Assembly: GCA_937142855.1 (NCBI GenBank)
Contig: CAKZQZ010000031.1
Location: 2,201-66,200, forward strand
DNA: 64,000 nt
Source: an uncultured Alphaproteobacteria bacterium
Lineage (GTDB): Bacteria > Pseudomonadota > Alphaproteobacteria > Puniceispirillales > Marisalimonadaceae
Direction: 5' to 3'
Part shown: positions 57,772-64,000 of the stretch, one piece after another
How the letters are laid out: each line of letters begins with the position of its first letter
Position numbering within the stretch: position 1 is the first letter of the stretch
Program-made: the position numbers and the translations under genes
Notes under the pieces: model-generated
Seen by the model: only the letters and a program-made list of their open reading frames with translations
The model's database searches: none
What the model was told of the DNA's origin: nothing

Positions 57772-58188
57772 CTAAACTACTTTGATCTTAGCTGCATTTT
57801 TAATAGAAGAAACAAGAGAAGAGAGTCCATTTTTTCTGGTTGGCGACAAATGTTCATCAAGTCCAATTTGCTTTAAAAAACTAATATCAGTATCTAAGAT
57901 TTCTTGGGGTTTTTTCTCTGAAAAAACTTTAAGCATTAAGGCTATTAGTCCTTGAACTATTGCTGCATCACTATTAGCCATAAAAGTTATAGTACCATCA
58001 TCATTATAGCTGTTGCTAAAATAAACAATCGATTGGCACCCTCTTAATTTATTTTCATCAATTTTTAAATGATCTGCCATTTGAGGAACATTCCTTCCCA
58101 TGTCTATCAAATATTGGTACTTATCTTCCCAAGATTCGAAGAAAGAAAAATCTTCTATCAATTCATCAATTTCTTTATTTTGGCCCAT
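57772..58188 (-). CDS. sufE: SufE Fe-S assembly sulfur acceptor
   Basis: WEDKYQYLIDMG, LRGCQS, SDAAIVQGL, HLSPTRKNGL. Confidence 0.9.
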   Translation of the reverse strand: MGQNKEIDELIEDFSFFESWEDKYQYLIDMGRNVPQMADHLKIDENKLRGCQSIVYFSNSYNDDGTITFMANSDAAIVQGLIALMLKVFSEKKPQEILDTDISFLKQIGLDEHLSPTRKNGLSSLVSSIKNAAKIKVV

Positions 58189-58342
58189 TAACTTCTCTAA
58201 AAATTAATTTTAAACTCTAATTAAACCTAAACTTATAACAAATCAAGGTTAGTGAAACTAAAACAAGTGTCCTTCAATTTTTAATTATAAGATTGTAATA
58301 TTAACTAAATTAGAATATTTAGTATAGTGTGAGGATATAGTC

Positions 58343-59833
58343 ATGCTATCACTCAAAAATAAGAGAGTTAATTATTCTTTCTTTAACCCTACCTTTGTTA
58401 TAACAGTTTTAATCTCTGTTACTTTAATCAGAATATACAGCTTAATTGTTTCTCCAATAGAACTATCAGTAGATGAAGCTCAATATTGGGATTGGTCAAG
58501 AAATGTTGATTTTGGTTATTTCACAAAACCTCCTCTCATAGCATGGACCATAGCACTTACAACTAGTATATTTGGTAACGAAGAATGGGCTGTAAGGCTT
58601 TCTTCACCAATTTTCCATTTTCTTACATCAATAGTTTTATGGAAATGCGGTCAACTTGCCTTTGGTTTTAATGCGGGAAGAATAGCCGCTTTAATATGGA
58701 TATTTACTCCTGCAGCTTCATTGGGAAGCTTTGTTATATCAACTGATACACCTTTGCTACTATTTTGGTCATTAAGCTTATTGTTTCTTTTTCAATTGCT
58801 TAACAATAGCAGTTATAATTTGGCTTTAGGGATGGGCATAAGCATAGGGTTAGCTTTCCTATCTAAATATGCAGCCTTATATTTCATAATTTTCTTTATT
58901 TTATGGTGGTTAATTTACGATAGAGGTTTGGATTTAGATATAAAAAAAATATTTGTTATAATTTTTTCTAGCTTAATAATATCTGCTGGAAATATATATT
59001 GGAATTACTTAAACGATTTTGTTACCCTTAACCATACCGTTTCAAATGCAGACCTCTCAGAAATTCTTTTAAATTATAGTAATGTTATTGATTTTCTATC
59101 TTCACAATTACTAGTGTTTGGACCAATTATTTTTTTAATCTTCATCTTTATTGTATTTGATGGATTTTCTAAAAATAAAAAACTTGCCCTACTAGCCATG
59201 CTTTCTCTACCTATTTTGCTCCTTATTACAATTCAAAGCTTTTTAAAGATTGCTAATCCAAACTGGGCTGTTACCTCTTATATAGCTGCCTCTTTATTAA
59301 TAAGCGCTTATCTAACTTTAAACAGGTCTAAGTTTTTAAGATTATCTTTCAATACTGGATTAGTAATTAATTTAATTATTTCAATATATATTTTGAAAGT
59401 GACAATGGTTGGTAACTTTTTACCAGTGAGTCTAAAATCAGACCCTTTGAGAAAAAATTTAGGGTTTGAGATACTAGCCAATAATCTTGATGAAATTATT
59501 GATAAAAAAAATATATCTAAAGTTATTTTTGAAAGAAGAGGGGACATAACCAGATTTAACTATTATTTAAATAGGGATAACAACAAACATAAAAATAAAG
59601 TTTTTATTAAAACAAACAGTGTAACTCCTGGAAATTTTTATGAAGCGAATTATAATTATAAATATTCTCAAAATTCTCCAGGAGATAAAATTTTGATAGT
59701 TAGGAATTTACCAAATTTAGAAGTTGGTTCATACGACAATCTAAATGACATAAAATTTGTTAAAAGTATTTCTAGCAATACAGTAAAAGATCTTAAAAGA
59801 ATTTATTATTTATATGAGAGCACTTATAAATAA
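58343..59833 (+). CDS. ArnT/PMT-like membrane glycosyltransferase (GT-C fold)
   Basis: VDEAQYWDW, GYFTKPPLIAW, STDTPLL, LSKY; multi-TM N-terminal domain. Confidence 0.85.
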   Translation: MLSLKNKRVNYSFFNPTFVITVLISVTLIRIYSLIVSPIELSVDEAQYWDWSRNVDFGYFTKPPLIAWTIALTTSIFGNEEWAVRLSSPIFHFLTSIVLWKCGQLAFGFNAGRIAALIWIFTPAASLGSFVISTDTPLLLFWSLSLLFLFQLLNNSSYNLALGMGISIGLAFLSKYAALYFIIFFILWWLIYDRGLDLDIKKIFVIIFSSLIISAGNIYWNYLNDFVTLNHTVSNADLSEILLNYSNVIDFLSSQLLVFGPIIFLIFIFIVFDGFSKNKKLALLAMLSLPILLLITIQSFLKIANPNWAVTSYIAASLLISAYLTLNRSKFLRLSFNTGLVINLIISIYILKVTMVGNFLPVSLKSDPLRKNLGFEILANNLDEIIDKKNISKVIFERRGDITRFNYYLNRDNNKHKNKVFIKTNSVTPGNFYEANYNYKYSQNSPGDKILIVRNLPNLEVGSYDNLNDIKFVKSISSNTVKDLKRIYYLYESTYK

Positions 59834-59835
59834 AT

Positions 59836-60252
59836 CTATTTCTTTTTATTAAAATTTTCAAAAACAGTTAATGTTTCATTACTTACATGATGCTCTAAAC
59901 CTTCTGCATCATTTTTTGCAATATCCTCATTCACACCAATTTTAATTAAGAAATTATAAACTATCTCGTGTCTTTTTTTACAATAATCAGCTAGTACTTT
60001 ACCTTCATTAGTTAAAAAAATCGACCTGTAAGGTCTACTCTCAACCAAGCCCTCTCTAACCAAACGTCGAATTATGCTATTTACAGTAGGACCAGTCACT
60101 CCAAAATGTTTTGCTAAATCAACAGCTCTTGCTTCACCAGTTTCTCTGATTAAATCTGCTATCATTTCAGTGTAGTCTTCAGCTATCTCGGTGTTTCGTG
60201 CGTTACGCACCTGAGCAAATCTATCAGAGTTAATTTTAAATTCATTATTCAT
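59836..60252 (-). CDS. mntR: Manganese-dependent transcriptional regulator MntR (DtxR family)
   Basis: EIAEDYTEMIADL, LAKHFGVTGPTV, RHEIVYNFL, DAEGLEHHVS. ATG 60252. Confidence 0.88.
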   Translation of the reverse strand: MNNEFKINSDRFAQVRNARNTEIAEDYTEMIADLIRETGEARAVDLAKHFGVTGPTVNSIIRRLVREGLVESRPYRSIFLTNEGKVLADYCKKRHEIVYNFLIKIGVNEDIAKNDAEGLEHHVSNETLTVFENFNKKK

Positions 60253-60269
60253 AAGCAAAATATCTAAAG

Positions 60270-60283
60270 TTAGCCTAAGCTAA
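60270..60283. promoter_or_regulatory. MntR-box-like palindrome
   Basis: TTAGC-CTAA-GCTAA, 18 nt upstream of mntR; matches the TAGC-N4-GCTA core of enterobacterial MntR boxes. Confidence 0.6.
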
Positions 60284-60382
60284 TATATTTTTTTGGGTTT
60301 TGCAATTCTATAAAAAATTTGTATTTACACTGGATTTAGATTAAGTAGATATTCATTAAGATTATAGGATTTGTATAATAAA

Positions 60383-60682
60383 ATGAATAATGAAATTGAA
60401 ACAAAAATAGAAGCTAAAGTTTTTAGGAGACTTGTCGAGCATCTTCAAAACAGAACTGATGTACAAAATATTGATCTCATGAACTTAAGTGGTTTTTGTA
60501 GAAACTGTCTTTCTAGATGGTATTCTGAGGCAGCACAAGAAAATGATGTAGATATTACCAAAGACAAGGCTAGAGAAATAGTTTACGGCATGCCTCACGA
60601 TGTTTGGAAAGAAAAGTATCAAACTGAAGCTTCTGAAGATCAAAAAGACAAATTCCAATCATCATTCTCTAAAGATCATTAA
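60383..60682 (+). CDS. DUF1244 family protein
   Basis: [34 protein letters not shown]...YGMP...WK. Confidence 0.85.
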   Translation: MNNEIETKIEAKVFRRLVEHLQNRTDVQNIDLMNLSGFCRNCLSRWYSEAAQENDVDITKDKAREIVYGMPHDVWKEKYQTEASEDQKDKFQSSFSKDH

Positions 60683-60683
60683 T

Positions 60684-60950
60684 ATGGATGATATAGAAAA
60701 TAAAGGGAATGCTTCAAACGCTAAAAAAGATGAAAGACTAAAAAGTTTTATAGAGAGAATTGAAAGACTGGAAGAAGAAAAAAATAATATTACTTCTGAT
60801 ATCAAAGAAGTATTCTCTGAAGCTAAATCTATGGGATATGACCCTAAAATAATGAGAAAAATATTAGTTTTACGCAAAATGGATATTGACGAAAGACTTG
60901 AACAAGAAGCTTTGTTAGACACTTATAGAAGTGCATTGGGTATTTATTAA
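60684..60950 (+). CDS. gapR: DUF2312/GapR nucleoid-associated protein
   Basis: [15 protein letters not shown]...[17 protein letters not shown]. True ATG 60684, one nt after the DUF1244 stop; the track's 60600 start overextends. Confidence 0.85.
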   Translation: MDDIENKGNASNAKKDERLKSFIERIERLEEEKNNITSDIKEVFSEAKSMGYDPKIMRKILVLRKMDIDERLEQEALLDTYRSALGIY

Positions 60951-60953
60951 TAC

Positions 60954-61856
60954 ATGGTTGACCATTTTGGGGATAGACTTTCAGAAAAAATAAGAAAAAC
61001 TAAGTCTTTTTTATGTCTTGGAGTTGATCCTCATTTAGATTTAATCCCAGAAATATTTAATGCTAATAATGAGATAAGTAAAATTACAAAAGTTGAAAAA
61101 TTTTGCTTTTCTTTGCTAGAAGTCGTTATAGGAAAAGTTCCAGCTATAAAACCTCAAATTGCATTGTTTGAACAATTAGGCCCAGAAGGAATGAGCTTGT
61201 TATCATCCTTATGCAATTATGCTCATTCTAAAGACCTCTTAGTTATAATGGATGCAAAGAGAGGTGATATCGGTAGCACTAGTAAGGCATATGCAAATGC
61301 TTATCTCGGTAAAAACGCCCCATTTCCTAGTGATGCACTCACTGTAAATCCATGGTTAGGACTTGATAGCCTTGAACCTTTTTTTAAAAAAGCATTAGAT
61401 ACGGGTTCTGGTTTGTTTATTTTGGTTCATACTAGCAACAAAGGATCTCAAGACATTCAAGAAGTATTAATTAATAATAATTTAAAATGCTATGAACACC
61501 TCGCCAAAATTCTTAAGCCTATAATAGAAAAAAATAACGGTAAATCAGGCTTATCTTCGATCGGCATAGTATCAGGAGCCACATATAAAGAACAAGCAAT
61601 GTCACTCAGAAAGTTATTACCTACGGCTCCTTTCCTAATCCCAGGATATGGCGCACAAGGGGCGTCCGCAAGGGATGCTTGCGCTCCATTAAAATTAGAT
61701 AACTATCATTCTGGCCTTAGAAATTTTGGCTTAATTAATTCATCTAGAGGTATTTTGTTTCCTGAAAAATCATATTTAGCAAAGAATGTTAAAGAGTGGC
61801 AAGATATCATCTTCTCAGAATTAAACAGAACCAATGACGAGCTTATCAACATTTAA
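60954..61856 (+). CDS. pyrF: Orotidine-5'-phosphate decarboxylase
   Basis: CLGVDPH, KPQIALFE, DAKRGDIGST, TVNPWLG, LIPGYGAQG, NSSRGI. Confidence 0.92.
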   Translation: MVDHFGDRLSEKIRKTKSFLCLGVDPHLDLIPEIFNANNEISKITKVEKFCFSLLEVVIGKVPAIKPQIALFEQLGPEGMSLLSSLCNYAHSKDLLVIMDAKRGDIGSTSKAYANAYLGKNAPFPSDALTVNPWLGLDSLEPFFKKALDTGSGLFILVHTSNKGSQDIQEVLINNNLKCYEHLAKILKPIIEKNNGKSGLSSIGIVSGATYKEQAMSLRKLLPTAPFLIPGYGAQGASARDACAPLKLDNYHSGLRNFGLINSSRGILFPEKSYLAKNVKEWQDIIFSELNRTNDELINI

Positions 61857-61876
61857 AATATAAGTGAGATAATTAA

Positions 61877-62335
61877 ATGAGTAAATCAGACAAACTTGAT
61901 GCCCTTGGGGGTAAAAGCAATATACCTGTAAAACCAGACAAGAACGTGTTAGAGAAAATTCCTAACCCTAAAATAGGTATCAATTACTCTATAAGGTTAA
62001 CCTGTCCTGAATTTACTTCTATATGCCCAGTAACGTCTCAACCGGATTTTGCTTATATTATTATAGATTATGTGCCAAATAAGTTCATAGTAGAGAGTAA
62101 ATCTTTTAAACTTTATCTATTGGGCTACAGGAATCATGGTGCATTTCACGAAGACTGTACAGTTTCACTTGGTCAAGATATTATAGACCTTTTATCACCT
62201 AAATGGCTTAGAATTGCTGGTTACTGGTATCCAAGAGGAGGTATTCCAATAGATATTTTCTGGCAAACCGGAAAACAACCTGAAAACTTATTTTTACCTG
62301 ATCATGATGTACCAAATTATAGAGGTCGAGGTTAA
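61877..62335 (+). CDS. queF: NADPH-dependent preQ0 reductase (unimodular QueF)
   Basis: [41 protein letters not shown]. Confidence 0.93.
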   Translation: MSKSDKLDALGGKSNIPVKPDKNVLEKIPNPKIGINYSIRLTCPEFTSICPVTSQPDFAYIIIDYVPNKFIVESKSFKLYLLGYRNHGAFHEDCTVSLGQDIIDLLSPKWLRIAGYWYPRGGIPIDIFWQTGKQPENLFLPDHDVPNYRGRG

Positions 62336-62388
62336 AAATTTTTCAATTTTTAATAAATCAAAATCAATAATTTTATGAGGAAAATAGA

Positions 62389-63603
62389 ATGTTACCAAAA
62401 AAAGTAGATTGGCAATTAGTCGTTCTCGTTTGCTCCATAATAATTATTATGATTATGGGAGTCCGACAATCTTTAGGCTTGTTTTTAGAACCAATTAGTC
62501 AGTTTATGAAAGATGGTAAAGAATTTTTTTCATTTGCCATTGGTTTTCAGGCAATAATCTGGGGCGTTGTTACTTTTGGCTTAGGTATACTCATAGATAA
62601 ATTTGGTCCCCAAAAAGTTTTGGCTTTTGGAATAATTTGCTTTGCATCTGGCATCTTTTTAATGAGCAACCCTGCTAATCAACTTACATTATTTTCTGCA
62701 ACTACATTAATGGGATTTGGATTAGGTGGTGCAGGCATGGCTACCATGGTAAGTATTGCAGGTAAAGTTGCACCTCCAGAGAAAAGATCTTTAGCCATGG
62801 GTTTGATTGCTGCAGCAGCTTCATTTGGTCAATTTGCAGTTGTCTTGCCAACAATGTGGATGAATAAAGAATTTGGATGGGAAACCAGTCTTCTTGTTTT
62901 ATCCACAATTTCAATCTCACTATTATTACTTCTACCTCTTCTAAATAATACAAATGTAACAAATAATAAAAAAGAAGAGTTTCAAAACAGTCTTCAAAAT
63001 ACGTTGATGTTTTCCTTAAAAGAACGAAACTATATTTTATTAATCATGGGTTTTTTTGTGTGTGGCTTTCACGTTACTTTTATAGCATTACACCTACCTG
63101 CTGATTTAATGTCTAAGGGTATATCTGCAGAAGTGGCAGGTTGGTCTCTTGCAATCATTGGTGTTACAAATATCATTGGAACACTTAGCTTTGGATGGTT
63201 GGGAACAAAAGTTAAAAAACCAGTGCCTCTTGCGTCCATATATTTAATGAGGTCTCTAACTATCACAATATTTGTTTTATCTCCTCCTTCTGCGACAGTT
63301 GCCCTGTTATTTGGAGCAGTAATAGGCATTTTGTGGTTAGCTACTGTCCCAATGACGAATGCCATTATATTATCATTTATAGGACCTAAATATTTAGCGA
63401 CATTGTCTGGTATATGTTTCATTTGTCACCAGTTAGGTGCCGTTTTAGGAGCTTGGTTGGGAGGTAAGTTTTTTGATACCTATGGAAGTTATGAAAATAT
63501 GTGGTGGCTAAGCGTAGCACTTGGTATTATTGCTTTCTTGCTAACTATAACTGTTAAAGAAGAGCCCTTCTCAGTAAATTCAGAGATCAAACAAACAGTT
63601 TAA
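62389..63603 (+). CDS. MFS transporter
   Basis: [25 protein letters not shown]...GAWLGG..FD..GSY. Confidence 0.88.
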   Translation: MLPKKVDWQLVVLVCSIIIIMIMGVRQSLGLFLEPISQFMKDGKEFFSFAIGFQAIIWGVVTFGLGILIDKFGPQKVLAFGIICFASGIFLMSNPANQLTLFSATTLMGFGLGGAGMATMVSIAGKVAPPEKRSLAMGLIAAAASFGQFAVVLPTMWMNKEFGWETSLLVLSTISISLLLLLPLLNNTNVTNNKKEEFQNSLQNTLMFSLKERNYILLIMGFFVCGFHVTFIALHLPADLMSKGISAEVAGWSLAIIGVTNIIGTLSFGWLGTKVKKPVPLASIYLMRSLTITIFVLSPPSATVALLFGAVIGILWLATVPMTNAIILSFIGPKYLATLSGICFICHQLGAVLGAWLGGKFFDTYGSYENMWWLSVALGIIAFLLTITVKEEPFSVNSEIKQTV

Positions 63604-63998
63604 AAATTTAGTTCGTTAATATTCTTATATTCATCTAAACATTCTGGATTGGCTAGGGCCGTTTGGTTGTTGATTTGTTTATTATGGATTAAATCCCTAA
63701 CTGCAAGTTCTGCAATTTTACCTGACTTTGTTCTCGGAATATCATTAACTGCAATAATTTTTGCTGGAATGTGCCTTGGTGACGCCCCGACTCTAATTTT
63801 CCTTTTAATTTTATCTATTAAATCTTGGGTTAAATCGTTATTTTTATTTAACCTTATAAATAAAATGACTCTCGTATCTCCTTGCCATATTTGTCCAACA
63901 ACCAAACCCTCAAGAACTTCTTCAATTTGTTCAACTTGTCTGTAGATTTCTGCTGTTCCAATGCGCACTCCACCGGGATTTAAAGTTGCGTCTGAACG
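63600..63998 (-). CDS. Acetoacetate-CoA ligase, C-terminal part (5' truncated by window edge)
   Basis: Frame is open to the window end: [19 protein letters not shown]...SPRHIPAKI...[15 protein letters not shown]...ALANPE. Confidence 0.88.
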   Translation of the reverse strand, partial: RSDATLNPGGVRIGTAEIYRQVEQIEEVLEGLVVGQIWQGDTRVILFIRLNKNNDLTQDLIDKIKRKIRVGASPRHIPAKIIAVNDIPRTKSGKIAELAVRDLIHNKQINNQTALANPECLDEYKNINELNF

Positions 63999-64000
63999 AC

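Noticed and set aside
57772-58188. sufE as part of the organosulfur system
   Set aside because: A stand-alone sufE among housekeeping genes is normal in Alphaproteobacteria, and it is coupled to an RNA methyltransferase here.
60600-60683. Long N-terminal extension of the DUF2312 ORF overlapping DUF1244
   Set aside because: Family similarity starts near ATG 60684, one nt after the DUF1244 stop.
1176-63945. The many 60-140 aa ORFs on the opposite strand or in alternate frames (e.g. 1176-1496, 13069-13449, 29247-29594, 30105-30521, 60662-60922, 63069-63422)
   Set aside because: They lie inside well-supported genes, have no RBS or family motifs, and read as antisense shadows.
1-64000. CRISPR arrays, IS elements, integrases, prophage, tRNA/rRNA
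   Set aside because: No regularly spaced repeats, transposase or integrase motifs, phage genes, or RNA-gene-like GC-rich segments seen.

Overview
AT-rich (roughly 30% GC by eye), very compact alphaproteobacterial chromosome segment, probably from a streamlined marine lineage (GapR/DUF2312 and DUF1244 present, tiny intergenic gaps, a single transcription factor). About 55 CDS, almost all for CoA-dependent scavenging of organic acids and organosulfur compounds. Transport: two Liv-type ABC systems, TctCBA, two MFS, DMT and TauE. Catabolism: six AMP-forming CoA ligases, three acyl-CoA dehydrogenases, a fused indolepyruvate oxidoreductase, a valine/3-hydroxypropionate-type operon and an Lva/ACAD10-11-like kinase-SDR-ACAD set. 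The most striking part is sulfur handling: a CoA-binding-domain::MetY fusion followed by a cytoplasmic, eukaryote-like SELENBP1/SBP56 (methanethiol oxidase family) gene translationally coupled to a [2Fe-2S] ferredoxin and a second CoA-binding protein, with no mauG/sco. Elsewhere are a second MetY, a DmdB/DmdC-like divergent pair, a thiol-dioxygenase-like cupin facing a four-domain rhodanese, GlpE and a pseudoazurin. The right end is housekeeping (RNA methyltransferases, sufE, mntR, gapR, pyrF, queF). No rRNA, tRNA, CRISPR array or mobile element was recognised. All family assignments come from motif reading and recalled homolog sequences; no database search was run.
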